Shown here: positions 49,401-64,000 of the stretch, in pieces
How positions within the stretch are numbered: position 1 is the stretch's first letter
How the letters are laid out: every line of letters begins with the position of its first letter
NCBI GenBank assembly: GCA_964016885.1
Contig: OZ024742.1
Location: forward strand, 1,922,001-1,986,000
Direction of reading: 5' to 3'
DNA: 64,000 nt
Origin: Eledone cirrhosa
Lineage: Eukaryota
Program-made: the position numbers and the translations under genes
Notes under the pieces: model-generated
The model's database searches: none
The model's input: only the letters and a program-made list of their open reading frames with translations
What the model was told of the DNA's origin: nothing

Positions 49401-52400
49401 AAATAGCAGTCAAATACCCACATTCACAATAGCTTCTTGTACCCAGAACTACCTGGTAGGTTGATCTTTTAGAAATAGCAGTCAAATACCCACATTTAAA
49501 ACAGCTTCTTCTTGTACCCAGAACTACCTGGTAGGTTGATCTTTTAGAAATAGCAGTCAAATACCCACATTTAAAACAGCTTCTTCTTGTACCCAGAACT
49601 ATCTGGTAGGTTGATCTTTTAGATATAGCAGTCAAATACCCACATTTACAACAGCTTCTTCCTGTACCAAGAACTACCTGGTAGGTTGATCTTTTAGATA
49701 TAGCAGTCAAATACCCACATTTACAACAGCTTCTTCCTGTAGTACAAACTAGCTGGTAGATTGATCTTTTAGAAATAGCAGTCAAATACCCACATTTACA
49801 ACAGCTTCTTCCTGTACCAAGAACTAGCTGGTAGGTTGATCTTTTAGAAATAGCAGTCAAATACCCGAATTTACAACAGCTTCTTCCTGTACCAAGAACT
49901 ACCTCGTAGGTTGATCTTTTAGAAATAGCAGTCAAATACCCGCATTTACAACAGCTTCTTCCTGTACCAAGAACTAGCTGGTAGGTTGATCTTTTAGAAA
50001 TAGCAGTCAAATACCCACATTCACAATAGCTTGTTGTACCCAGAACTATCTGACAGGTTGATCTTTTAGAAATAGCAGTCAAATACCCACATTCACAATA
50101 GCTTCTTGTACCCAGAACTATCTGGTAGGTTGATCTTTTAGAAATAGCAGTCAAATACCCACATTCACAATAGCTTCTTGTACCCAGAACTATCTGGTAG
50201 GTTGATCTTTTAGAAATAGCAGTCAAATACCCACATTTACAACAGCTTCTTCTAGTACCAAGAACTACCTGGTAGGTTGATGTTTTAGAAATAGCAGTCA
50301 TATACCCACATTTACAACAGCTTCTTCCTGTACCAAAAACTACCTGGTAGGTTGATCTTTTAGTAATAGCAGTCAAATACCCACATTTTCAACAGCTTCT
50401 TCTTGTACCAAGAAGTACGTGGTAGGTTGATCTTTTAGAAATAGCAGTCAAATACCCACATTTACAACAGCTTCTTCTTGTACCATGAACTACATGGTAG
50501 GTTGGTCTTTTAGAAATAGCAGTCAAATACCCACATTTACAACAGCTTCTTCTTGTACCAAGAACTACCTGGTAGGTTGATCTTTTAGAAATAGCAGTCA
50601 AATACTCACATTTACAACAGCTTCTTCTAGTACCAAGAACTACCTGGTAGGTTGATGTTTTAGAAATAACAGTCAAATACCCACATTTACAACAGCTTCT
50701 TCTTGTACCAAGAACTAGCTGGTAGGTTGATCTTTTAGAAATAGCAGTCAAATACCCACATTCACAATAGCTTCTTGTACCCAGAACTATCTGGTACGTT
50801 GATCTTTTAGAAATAGCAGTCAAATACCCCCATTCACAATAGCTTCTTGTACCCAGAACTATCTGGTAGGTTGATCTTTTAGAAATAGCAGTCAAATTCC
50901 CACATTCACAATAGCTTCTTGTACCCAGAACTATCTGGTAGGTTGATCTTTTAGAAATAGCAGTCAAATACTCACATTTACAACAGCTTCTTCTAGTACC
51001 AAGAACTACCTGGTAGGTTGATGTTTTAGAAATAGCAGTCAAATACCCACATTTACAACAGCTTCTTCTTGTACCAAGAACTACCTGGTAGGTTGATGTT
51101 TTAGAAATAGCAGTCAAATACCCACATTTACAACAGCTTCTTCTTGTAGTACAAACAACCTGGTAGGTTGATCTTTTAGAAATAGCAGTCAAATACCCAC
51201 ATTTACAACAGCTTCTTGTACCAAGAACTACCTGGTAGGTTGATCTTTTAGAAATAGCAGTCAAATACTCACATTTACAACAGCTTCTTCTAGTACCAAG
51301 AACTACCTGGTAGGTTGATGTTTTAGAAATAGCAGTCAAATACCCACATTTACAACAGCTTCTTCTTGTACCAAGAACTACCTGGTAGGTTGATCTTTTA
51401 GAAATAGCAGTCAAATACTCACATTTACAACAGCTTCCCGTAACAAGAACTACCTGGAAGGTTGATCTTTTAGAAATAGCAGTCAAATACCCACATTTAC
51501 AACAGCTTCTTCCTGTAGTACAAACAACCTGGTAGGTTGATCTTTTAGAAATAGCAGTCAAATACCCACATTCACAATAGCTTCCTGTACCAAGAACTAC
51601 CTGGTAGGTTGATCTTATAGAAATAGCAGTCAAATACCCACATTCACAATAACTTCTTGTACCCAGAACTACCTGGTAGGTTGATCTTTTAGAAATAGCA
51701 GTCAAATACCCACATTTAAAACAGCTTCTTCTTGTACCCAGAACTACCTGGTAGGTTGATCTTTTAGAAATAGCAGTCAAATACCCACATTCACAACAGC
51801 TTCCCGTAACAAGAACTACCTGGAAGGTTGATCTTTTAGAAATAGCAGTCAAATAACCACATTTACAACATCTTCTTCTTGTACCAAGAACTAGCTGGTA
51901 GGTTGATCTTTTAGAAATAGCAGTCAAATACCCACATCTACAACAGCTTCTTCTTGTACCAAGAACTAGCTGGTAGGTTGATCTTTTAGAAATAGCAGTC
52001 AAATACCCACATTTACAACAGCTTCTTCCTGTACCAAGAACTACCTGGTAGGTTGATCTTTTAGAAATAGCAGTCAAATACTCACATTTACAACAGCTTC
52101 TTCTTGTACCAAGAACTAGCTGGTAGGTTGATCTTTTAAAAATAGCAGTCAAATACCCACATTTACAACAGCTTCTTGTACCCAGAACTACCTGGTAGGT
52201 TGATGTTTTAGAAATAGCAGTCAAATACCCACATTTACAAAAGCTCCTTCTAGTACCAAGAACTACCTGGTAGGTTGATCTTTTAGAAATAGCAGTCAAA
52301 TACCCACATTTACAACAGCTTCTTGTACCCAGAACTATCTGGTAGGTTGATCTTTTAGAAATAGCAGTCAAATACCCACATTTACAACAGCTTCTTGTAC

Positions 52401-55400
52401 CCAGAACTACCTGGTAGGTTGATCTTTTAGAAATAGCAGTCAAATACCCACATTTACAACAGCTTCTTCTTGTACCAAGAACTACCTGGTAGGTTGATCT
52501 TTTAGAAATAGCAGTCAAATACCCACATTCACAACAGCTTCTTCCCGTAACAAGAACTACCTGGTAGGTTGATATTTTAGAAATAGCAGTCAAATACCCA
52601 CATTTACAACAGCTTCTTCTAGTACCAAGAACTACCTGGTAGGTTGATGTTTTAGAAATAGCAGTCAAATAACCACATTTACAACAGCTTCTTCCTGTAC
52701 CAAAAACTACCTGGTAGGTTGATCTTTTAGTTATAGCAGTCAAATACCCACATTTTCAACAGCTTCTTCTTGTACCAAGAAGTACGTGGTAGGTTGATCT
52801 TTTAGAAATAGCAGTCAAATACCCACATTTACAACAGCTTCTTCTTGTACCATGAACTACATGGTAGATTGGTCTTTTAGAAATAGCAGTCAAATACCCA
52901 CATTTACAACAGCTTCTTCTTGTACCAAGAACTACCTGGTAGGTTGATCTTTTAGAAATAGCAGTCAAATACTCACATTTACAACAGCTTCTTGTAGTAC
53001 CAAGAACTACCTGGTAGGTTGATGTTTTAGAAATAGCAGTCAAATACCCACATTTACAACAGCTTCTTCTTGTACCAAGAACTAGCTGGTAGGTTGATCT
53101 TTTAGAAATAGCAGTCAAATACCCACATTCACAATAGCATCTTGTACCCAGAACTATCTGGTACGTTGATCTTTTAGAAATAGCAGTCAAATACCCCCAT
53201 TCACAATAGCTTCTTGTACCCAGAACTATCTGGTAGGTTGATCTTTTAGAAATAGCAGTCAAATTCCCACATTCACAATAGCTTCTTGTACCCAGAACTA
53301 TCTGGTAGGTTGATCTTTTAGAAATAGCAGTCAAATACCCACATTCACAATAGCTTCTTGTAGCCAGAACTATCTGGTAGGTTGATCTTTTAGAAATAGC
53401 AGTCAAATACCCACATTCACAATAGCTTCTTGTACCCAGAACTATCTGGTAGGTTGATCTTTTAGAAATAGCAGTCAAATACCCACATTCACAACAGCTT
53501 CTTCCCGTAACAAGAACTACCTGGTAGGTTGATATTTTAGAAATAGCAGTCAAATACCCACATTTACAACAGCTTCTTCCTGTACCAAAAACTACCTGGT
53601 AGGTTGATCTTTTAGAAATAGCAGTCAAATACCCACATTTTCAACAGCTTCTTCTTGTACCAAGAAGTACGTGGTAGGTTGATCTTTTAGAAATAGCAGT
53701 CAAATACCCACATTTTCAACAGCTTCTTCTTGTACCAAGAAGTACGTGGTAGGTTGATCTTTTAAAAATAGCAGTCAAATACCCACATTTACAACAGCTT
53801 CTTCTTGTACCATGAACTACATGGTAGGTTGGTCTTTTAGAAATAGCAGTCAAATACCCACATTTACAACAGCTTCTTCTTGTACCAAGAACTACCTGGT
53901 AGGTTGATCTTTTAGAAATAGCAGTCAAATACTCACATTTACAAAAGCTTCTTCTAGTACCAAGAACTACCTGGTAGGTTGATGTTTTAGAAATAGCAGT
54001 CAAATACCCACATTTACAACAGCTTCTTCTTGTACCAAGAACTACCTGGTAGGTTGATGTTTTAGAAATAGCAGTCAAATACCCACATTTACAACAGCCT
54101 CTTCCTGTAGCACAAACAACCTGGTAGGTTGATCTTTTAGAAATAGCAGTCAAATACCCACATTCACAATAGCTTCTTGTACCAAGAACTACCTGGTAGG
54201 TTGATCTTATAGAAATAGCAGTCAAATACCCACATTCACAATAGCTTCTTGTACCCAGAACTACCTGGTAGGTTGATCTTTTAGAAAAAGCAGTCAAATA
54301 CCCACATTTAAAACAGCTTCTTCTTGTACCCAGAACTACCTGGTAGGTTGATCTTTTAGAAATAGCAGTCAAATACCCACATTCACAACAGCTTCCCGTA
54401 ACAAGGACTACCTGGTAGGTTGATCTTTTAGAAATAGCAGTCAAATAACCACATTTACAACAGCTTCTTCTTGTACCAAGAACTAGCTGGTAGGTTGATC
54501 TTTTAGAAATAGCAGTCAAATACCCACACCTACAACAACTTCTTCTTGTACCAAGAACTAGCTGGTAGGTTGATCTTTTAGAAATAGCAGTCAAATACCC
54601 ACATTTACAACAGCTTCTTCCTGTACCAAGAACTACCTGGTAGGTTGATCTTTTAGGAAATAGCAGTCAAATACTCACATTTACAACAGCTTCTTCTTGT
54701 ACCAAGAACTAGCTGGTAGGTTGATCTTTTAAAAATAGCAGTCAAATACCCACATTTACAACAGCTTCTTGTACCCAGAACTACCTGGTAGGTTGATGTT
54801 TTAGAAATAGCAGTCAAATACCCACATTTACAAAAGCTTCTTCTTGTACCAAGAACTACCTGGTAGGTTGATCTTTTAGAAATAGCAGTCAAATACCCAC
54901 ATTTACAACAGCTTCTTGTACCCAGAACTATCTGGTAGGTTGATCTTTTAGAAATAGCAGTCAAATACCCACATTTACAACAGCTTCTTGTACCCAGAAC
55001 TACCTGGTAGGTTGATGTTTTAGAAATAGCAGTCAAATACCACCATTTACAAAAGCTTCTTCTAGTACCAAGAACTACCTGGTGGGTTGATGTTTTAGAA
55101 ATAGCAGTCAAATACCCACATTTACAACAGCTTCTTGTACCCAGAACTATCTGGTAGGTTGATCTTTTAGAAATAGCAGTCAAATACCCACATTTACAAC
55201 AGCTTCTTCCTGTACCAAGAACTACCTGGTAGGTTGATCTTTTAGAAATAGCAGTCAAATACCCACATTTACAACAGCTTCTTCTTGTACCAAGAACTAG
55301 CTGGTAGGTTGATCTTTTAGAAATAGCAGTCAAATACCCACATTTACAACAGCTTCTTGTACCCAGAACTATCTGGTAGGTTGATCTTTTAGAAATAGCA

Positions 55401-58400
55401 GTCAAATACCCACATTTACAACAGCTTCTTCTTGTACCAAGAACTAGCTGGTAGGTTGATCTTTTAGAAATAGCAGTCAAATACCCATATTTACAACAGC
55501 TTCTTGTACCCAGAACTATCTGGTAGGTTGATCTTTTAGAAATAGCAGTCAAATACCCACATTTACAAAAGCTTCTTCCTGTACCAAGAACTACCTGGTA
55601 GGTTGATGTTTTAGAAATAGCAGTCAAATACCCACATTTACAACAGCTTCTTCTTGAACCAAGAACTACCTGGTAGGTTGATCTTTTAGAAATAGCAGTC
55701 AGATAACCACATTTACAACAGCTTCTTGTACCCATAACCATCTGGTAGGCTGATCTTTTAGAAATAGCAGTCAAATGCCCACATATACAACAGCTTCTTC
55801 TTGTACCAAGAACTAGCTGGTAGGTTGATCTTTTAGAAATAGCAGTCAAATACCCACATATACAACAGCTTCTTCTTGTACCAAGAACTAGCTGGTAGGT
55901 TGATCTTTTAGAAATAGCAGTCAAATACCCACATATACAACAGCTTCTTCTTGTACCAAGAACTAGCTGGTAGGTTGATCTTTTAGAAATAGCAGTCAAA
56001 TACCCACATTTACAACAGCTTCTTCTTGTACCAAGAACTAGCTGGTAGGTTGATCTTTTAGAAATAGCAGTCAAATACCCACATATACAACAGCTTCTTC
56101 CTGTACCAAGAACTACCTGGTAGGTTGATCTTTTAGAAATAGCAGTCAAATACCCGCATTTACAACAGCTTTTTCCTGTACCTAGAACTAGCTGGTAGGT
56201 TGATCATTTAGAAATAGCAGTCAAATACCCACATTTACAACAGCTTCTTCCTGTACCAAGAACTAGCTGGTAGGTTGATCTTTTAGAAATAGCAGTCAAA
56301 TACCCACATTTACAACAGCTTCTTCCTGTACCAAGAACTAGCTGGTAGGTTGATCTTTTAGAAATAGCAGTCAAATACCCACATTTACAACAGCTTTTTC
56401 CTGTACCAAGAACTAGCTGGTAGGTTGATCATTTAGAAATAGCAGTCAAATACCCACATTTACAACAGCTTTTTCCTGTACCAAGAACTAGCTGGTAGGT
56501 TGATCTTTTAGAAATAGCAGTCAAATACCCACATTTACAACAGCTTCTTCCTGTACCAAGAACTAGCTGGTAGGTTGATCTTTTAGAAATAGCAGTCAAA
56601 TACCCACATTTACAACAGCTTCTTCCTGTACCATGAACTACCTGGTAGGTTGATCTTTTAGAAATAGCAGTCAAATACCCACATTTACAACAGCTTCTTC
56701 CTTTAGTACAAACTACCTGGTAGGTTGATCTTTTAGAAATAGCAGTCAAATACCCACATTTACAACAGCTTCTTGTACCAAGAACTAGCTGGTAGGTTGA
56801 TCTTTTAGAAATAGCAGTCAAATACCCACATTTACAACAGCTTCTTCCTGTACCAAGAACTAGCTGTTAGGTTGATCTTTTAGAAATAGCAGTCAAATAC
56901 CCACATTTACAACAGCTTCTTCCTGTACCAAGAACTAGCTGGTTGGTTGATCTTTTAGAAATAGCAGTCAAATACCCACATTTACAACAGCTTCTTCCTA
57001 TACGAAGAACTAGCTGGTTGGTTGCTCTTTTAGAAATAGCAGTCAAATACCCACATTTACAACAGCTTCTTCCTGTACCAAGAACTACCTGGTAGGTTGA
57101 TCTTTTAGAAATAGCAGTCAAATACCCACATTTACAACAGCTTCTTCCTGTACGAAGAACTAGCTGGTTGGTTGATCTTTTAGAAATAGCAGTCAAATAC
57201 CCACATTTACAACAGCTTCTTCCTGTACGAAAAACTACCTGGTAGGTTGATCTTTTAGAAATAGCAGTCAAATACCCACATTTACAACAGCTTCTTGTAC
57301 CCAGAACTATCTGGTAGGTTGATCTTTTAGAAATAGCAGTCAAATACCCACATTTACAACAGCTTCTTGTACCCAGAACTACCTGGTAGGTTGATCTTTT
57401 AGAAATAGCAGTCAAATACCCACATTTACAACAGCTTCTTCCTGTACCAAGAACTACCTGGTAGGTTGATCTTTTAGAAATAGCAGTCAAATACCCACAT
57501 TTACAACAGCTTCTTCCTGTACGAAGAACTAGCTGGTTGGTTGATCTTTTAGAAATAGCAGTCAAATACCCACATTTACAACAGCTTCTTCCTGTACCAA
57601 GAACTACCTGGTAGGTTGATCTTTTAGAAATAGCAGTCAAATACCCACATTTACAACAGCTTCTTGTACCCAGAACTATCTGGTAGGTTGATCTTTTAGA
57701 AATAGCAGTCAAATACCCACATTTACAACAGCTTCTTCCTGTACCAAGATCTACCTGGTAGGTTGATGTTTTAGAAATAGCAGTCAAATACCCACATTTA
57801 CAACAGCTTCTTCTTGTACCAAGAACTACCTGGTAGGTTGATCTTTTAGAAATAGCAGTCAAATACCCACATTTACAACAGCTTCTTGTACCCATAACTA
57901 TCTGGTAGGTTGATCTTTTAGAAATAGCAGTCAAATACCCACATATACAACAGCTTCTTCTTGTACCAAGAACTAGCTGGTAGCTTGATGTTTTAGAAAT
58001 AGCAGTCAAATACCCACATTTACAACAGCTTCTTCCTGTACCAAGAACTAGCTGGTAGGTTGATCATTTAGAAATAGCAGTCAAATACCCACATTTACAA
58101 CAGCTTTTTCCTGTACCAAGAACTAGCTGGTAGGTTGATCATTTAGAAATAGCAGTCAAATACCCACATTTACAATAGCTTCTTCCTGTACCAAGAACTA
58201 GCTGGTTGGTTGATCATTTAGAAATAGCAGTCAAATACCCACATTTACAACAGCTTTTTCCTGTACCAAGAACTAGCTGGTAGGTTGATCATTTAGAAAT
58301 AGCAGTCAAATACCCACATTTACAACAGCTTCTTCCTGTACCAAGAACTAGCTGGTTGGTTGATCTTTTAGAAATAGCAGTCAAATACCCACATTTACAA

Positions 58401-61400
58401 CAGCTTCTTCCTGTACCATGAACTACCTGGTAGGTTGATCTTTTAGAAATAGCAGTCAAATACCCACATTTACAACAGCTTCTTCCTGTACCAAGAACTA
58501 GGTGGTAGGTTGATCTTTTAGAAATAGCAGTCAAATACCCACATTTACAACAACTTCTTCCTGAACCATAAACTACCTGGTAGGTTGATCTTTTAGAAAT
58601 AGCAGTCAAATACCCACATTTACAACGGCTTCTTACTGTACCAAGAACTACCTGGTAGGTTGATCTTTTAGAAATAGCAGTCAAATACCCACATTTACAA
58701 CAGCTTCTTCCTGTACCAAGAACTAGCTGTTAGTTTGATCTTTTAGAAATAGCAGTCAAGTACCCACATTTACAACAGCTTCTTCCTGTACCAAGAACTA
58801 GGTGGTAGGTTGATCTTTTAGAAATAGCAGTCAAATACCCACATTTACAACAGCTTCTTCCTGTACCAAGAACTAGGTGGTAGGTTGATCTTTTAGAAAT
58901 AGCAGTCAAATACCCACATTTACAACAGCTTCTTGCTGTACCAAGAACTAGCTGTTAGGTTGATCTTTTAGAAATAGCAGTCAAATACCCACATTTACAA
59001 CAGCTTCTTCCTGTACCAAGAACTAGCTGGTAGGTTGATCTTTTAGAAATAGCAGTCAAATACCCACATTTACAACAGCTTCTTCCTGTACCAAGAACCA
59101 CCTGGTAGGTTGATCTTTTAGAAATAGCAGTCAAATACCCACATTTACAACAGCTTCTTCCTGTACCAAGAACTAGCTAGTAGGTTGATCTTTTAGAAAT
59201 AGCAGTCAAATACCCGCATTTACAACAGCTTCTTCCTGTACCAAGAACCACCTGGTAGGTTGATCTTTTAGAAATAGCAGTCAAATACCCACATTTACAA
59301 CAGCTTTTTCCTGTACCAAGAACTAGCTGGTAGGTTGATGTTTTAGAAATAGCAGTCAAATACCCACATTCACAACAGCTTCTTCTTGTACCAAGAACTA
59401 GCTGGTAGGTTGATCTTTTAGAAATAGCAGTCAAATACCCACATTTACAACAGCTTCTTCCTGTACCAAGAACTAGCTGGTTGGTTGATCTTTTAGAAAT
59501 AGCAGTCAAATACCCACATTTTACAACAGCTTCTTCTTGTACCAAGAACTAGCTGGTTGGTTGATCTTTTAGAAATAGCAGTCAAATACCCACATTTACA
59601 ACAGCTTCTTCCTGTACCAAGAACTAGCTGGTTGGTTGATCTTTTAGAAATAGCAGTCAAATACCCACATTTACAACAGCTTCTTCCTGTACCATGAACT
59701 ACCTGGTAGGTTGATCTTTTAGAAATAGCAGTCAAATACCCACATTTACAACAGCTTCTTCCTGTACCAAGAACTAGGTGGTAGGTTGATCTTTTAGAAA
59801 TAGCAGTCAAATACCCACATTTACAACAACTTCTTCCTGAACCATAAACTACCTGGTAGGTTGATCTTTTAGAAATAGCAGTCAAATACCCACATTTACA
59901 ACGGCTTCTTACTGTACCAAGAACTACCTGGTAGGTTGATCTTTTAGAAATAGCAGTCAAATACCCACATTTACAACAGCTTCTTCCTGTACCAAGAACT
60001 AGCTGTTAGTTTGATCTTTTAGAAATAGCAGTCAAATACCCACATTTACAACAGCTTCTTCCTGTACCAAGAACTAGGTGGTAGGTTGATCTTTTAGAAA
60101 TAGCAGTCAAATACCCACATTTACAACAGCTTCTTCCTGTACCAAGAACTAGGTGGTAGGTTGATCTTTTAGAAATAGCAGTCAAATACCCACATTTACA
60201 ACAGCTTCTTGCTGTACCAAGAACTAGCTGTTAGGTTGATCTTTTAGAAATAGCAGTCAAATACCCACATTTACAACAGCTTCTTCCTGTACCAAGAACT
60301 AGCTGGTAGGTTGATCTTTTAGAAATAGCAGTCAAATACCCACATTTACAACAGCTTCTTCCTGTACCAAGAACCACCTGGTAGGTTGATCTTTTAGAAA
60401 TAGCAGTCAAATACCCACATTTACAACAGCTTCTTCCTGTACCAAGAACTAGCTAGTAGGTTGATCTTTTAGAAATAGCAGTCAAATACCCGCATTTACA
60501 ACAGCTTCTTCCTGTACCAAGAACCACCTGGTAGGTTGATCTTTTAGAAATAGCAGTCAAATACCCACATTTACAACAGCTTTTTCCTGTACCAAGAACT
60601 AGCTGGTAGGTTGATGTTTTAGAAATAGCAGTCAAATACCCACATTCACAACAGCTTCTTCTTGTACCAAGAACTAGCTGGTAGGTTGATCTTTTAGAAA
60701 TAGCAGTCAAATACCCACATTTACAACAGCTTCTTCTTGTACCATGAACTACCTGGTAGGTTGATCTTTTAGAAATAGCAGTCAAATACCCACATTTAAT
60801 ACAGCTTCTTCCTGTACCAAGAACTACCTGGTAGGTTGATGTTTTAGAAATAGCAGTCAAATACCCACATTTACAACAGCTTCTTCTTGTACCAAGAACT
60901 ACCTGGTAGGTTGATCTTTTAGAAATAGCAGTCAAATACCCGCATTTACAACAGCTTCTTCCTGTACCAAGAACCACCTGGTAGGTTGATCTTTTAGAAA
61001 TAGCAGTCAAATACCCACATTTACAACAGCTTTGTCTTGTACCAAGAACTACCTGGTAGGTTGATCTTTTAGAAATAGCAGTCAAATACCCACATTTACA
61101 ACAGCTTCTTCCTGTACCATGAACTGCCTGGTAGGTTGATCTTTTAGAAATAGCAGTCAAATACCCGGATTTACAACAGCTTCTTCCTGTACCATGAACT
61201 AGCTGGTAGGTTGATCTTTTAGAAATAGCAGTCAAATACCCACATTTAATACAGCTTCTTCCTGTACCAAGAACTACCTGGTAGGTTGATCTTTTAGAAA
61301 TAGCAGTCATATACACACATTTACAACAGCTTCTTCTTGTACCAAGAACTAGCTGGTAGGTTGATCTTTTAGAAATAGCAGTCAAATACCCACACTTAAA

Positions 61401-64000
61401 ACAGCTTCTTCCTGTACCAAGAACTACCTGGTAGGTTGATCTTTTAGAAATAGTAGTCAAAAACCCACATTTACAACAACTTCTTCCTGAACCATGAACG
61501 ACCTGGTAGGTTGATCTTTTAGAAATGGCAGTCAAATACCCACATTTACAACAGCTACTTCCTGAACCATGAACGACCTGGTAGGTTGATCTTTTAGAAA
61601 TGGCAGTCAAATACCCACATTTACAACAACTTCTTCCTGAACCATGAACGACCTGGTAGGTTGATCTTTTAGAAATGGCAGTCAAATACCCACATTTACA
61701 ACAGCTTCTTGTACTAAGAACTAGCTGGTAGGTTGATCTTTTAGAAATAGCAGTCAAATACCCACATTTAATACAGCTTCTTCCTGTACCAAGAACTAGC
61801 TGGTTGGTTGATCTTTTAGAAATGGCAGTCAAATACCCACATTTACAACAGCTTCTTGTACCAAGAACTAGCTGGTAGGTTGATCTTTTAGAAATAGCAG
61901 TCAAATACCCACATTTAATACAGCTTCTTCCTGTACCAAGAACCACCTGGTAAGTTGATCTTTTAGAAATAGCAGTCAAATACCCACATTTACAACAGCT
62001 TCTTCCTGTACCAAGAACTACCTGGTAGGTTGATCTTTTAGAAATAGCAGTCAAATACCCGTATTTACAACAGCTTCTTCTTGTACCAAGAACTAGCTGG
62101 TAGGTTGATCTTTTAGAAATAGCAGTCAAATACCCACATTTACAACAGCTTCTTCTTGTACCAAGAACTACCTGGTAGGTTGATCTTTTAGAAATAGCAG
62201 TCAAATACCCACATTTACAACAGCTTCTTCCTGTACCAAGAACTACCTGGTAGGTTGATCTTTTAGAAATAGCAGTCAAATACCCGCATTTACAACAGCT
62301 TTTTCCTGTACCAAGAACTACCTGGTAGGTTGATCTTTTAGAAATAGCAGTCAAATACCCGCATTTAAAACAGCTTTTTCCTGTACCATGAACTACCTGG
62401 TAGGTTGATCTTTTAGAAATAGCAGTCAAATACCCGCATTTACAACAGCTTTTTCCTGTAGCAAGAACTACCTGGTAGGTTGATCTTTTAGAAATAGCAG
62501 TCAAATACCCGCATTTACAACAGCTTTTTCCTGTACCAAGAACTACCTGGTAGGTTGATCTTTTAGAAATAGCAGTCAAATACCCGCATTTACAACAGCT
62601 TTTTCCTGTACCAAGAACTACCTGGTAGGTTGATCTTTTTGAAATAGCAGTCAAATACCCACATTTAATACAGCTTCTTCCTGTACCAAGAGCTACCTGG
62701 TAGGTTGATCTTTTAGAAATAGCAGTCAAATACCCACATTTACAACAGCTTCTTCCTGTACCAAGAACTACCTGGTAGGTTGATCTTTTAGAAATAGCAG
62801 TCAAATACCCGTATTTACAACAGCTTCTTCTTGTACCAAGAACTAGCTGGTAGGTTGATCTTTTAGAAATAGCAGTCAAATACCCACATTTACAACAGCT
62901 TCTTCTTGTACCAAGAACTACCTGGTAGGTTGATCTTTTAGAAATAGCAGTCAAATACCCACATTTACAACAGCTTCTTCCTGTACCAAGAACTACCTGG
63001 TAGGTTGATCTTTTAGAAATAGCAGTCAAATACCCGCATTTACAACAGCTTTTTCCTGTACCAAGAACTACCTGGTAGGTTGATCTTTTAGAAATAGCAG
63101 TCAAATACCCGCATTTAAAACAGCTTTTTCCTGTACCATGAACTACCTGGTAGGTTGATCTTTTAGAAATAGCAGTCAAATACCCGCATTTACAACAGCT
63201 TTTTCCTGTAGCAAGAACTACCTGGTAGGTTGATCTTTTAGAAATAGCAGTCAAATACCCGCATTTACAACAGCTTTTTCCTGTACCAAGAACTACCTGG
63301 TAGGTTGATCTTTTAGAAATAGCAGTCAAATACCCGCATTTACAACAGCTTTTTCCTGTACCAAGAACTACCTGGTAGGTTGATCTTTTTGAAATAGCAG
63401 TCAAATACCCACATTTAATACAGCTTCTTCCTGTACCAAGAGCTACCTGGTAGGTTGATCTTTTAGAAATAGCAGTCAAATACCCACATTTACAACAGCT
63501 ACTTCCTGAACCATGAACGACCTGGTAGGTTGATCTTTTAGAAATGGCAGTCAAATACCCACATATACAACAGCTTCTTCCTGTACCAAGAACTACCTGG
63601 TAGGTTGATCTTTTAGAAATGGCAGTCAAATACCCACATTTACAACAGCTTCTTGTACCAAGAACTAGCTGGTAGGTTGATCTTTTAGAAATAGCAGTCA
63701 AATACCCACATTTACAACAGCTTCTTCCTGTACCAAGAACTAGGTGGTAGGTTGATCTTTTAGAAATAGCAGTCAAATACCCACATTTACAACAGCTTCT
63801 TGTACCAAGAACTAGCTGGTAGGTTGATCTTTTAGAAATAGCAGTCAAATACCCACATTTACAACAGCTTCTTCCTGTACCAAGAACCACCTGGTAGGTC
63901 GATCTTTTAGAAATAGCAGTCAAATACCCACATTTACAACAGCTTCTTCCTGTACCAAGAACCACCTGGTAGGTTGATCTTTTAGAAATAGCAGTCAAAT
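43405..64000. repeat. 75/72-bp satellite, roughly 280 units, with higher-order repeats (runs off window end)
   Basis: Unit gtaccaagaactacctggtaggttgatcttttagaaatagcagtcaaatacccacatttacaacagcttcttcct; the 72-bp variant lacks one CTT. Confidence 0.98.

Noticed and set aside
43400-63998. Cys-rich repeat or zinc-finger protein gene
   Set aside because: No C2H2 spacing; stops and frameshifts are copied within higher-order repeats; behaves as a satellite (residual doubt noted in findings).

Overview
Eukaryotic, repeat-saturated window. The SINE and RTE tails resemble those I recall from Octopus/cephalopod genomes (inference). About 65% is simple or tandem repeat: a GGT/GTT tract, a CT minisatellite, a TGTAG/TGTGG pentamer array, and 33-bp, 15-bp and 72/75-bp arrays. 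Nearly all long ORFs in the track are translations of these repeats. The core (16.7-34.4 kb) is a nest of Penelope-like retroelements (PLEs) sitting in (TA)n tracts: (i) a very young, nearly intact Naiad-type PLE (826-aa RT + GIY-YIG) with a 2.8-kb direct pseudo-LTR and an inverted tail; (ii) a 540-bp inverted-repeat PLE end enclosing a 5'-truncated CR1 LINE; (iii) a decayed two-ORF Neptune-type PLE whose ORF1/ORF2 overlap holds an in-frame HIV-1-type U_UUU_UUA slippery site, a candidate programmed -1 frameshift; (iv) several fold-back relics. I read eight complete type I hammerhead ribozyme motifs from four families, including non-canonical cores (CCGAAGA, UUGAAAA), plus degenerate halves. 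The 33-bp satellite visibly arose inside a tRNA-derived SINE. No host protein-coding gene can be firmly supported.
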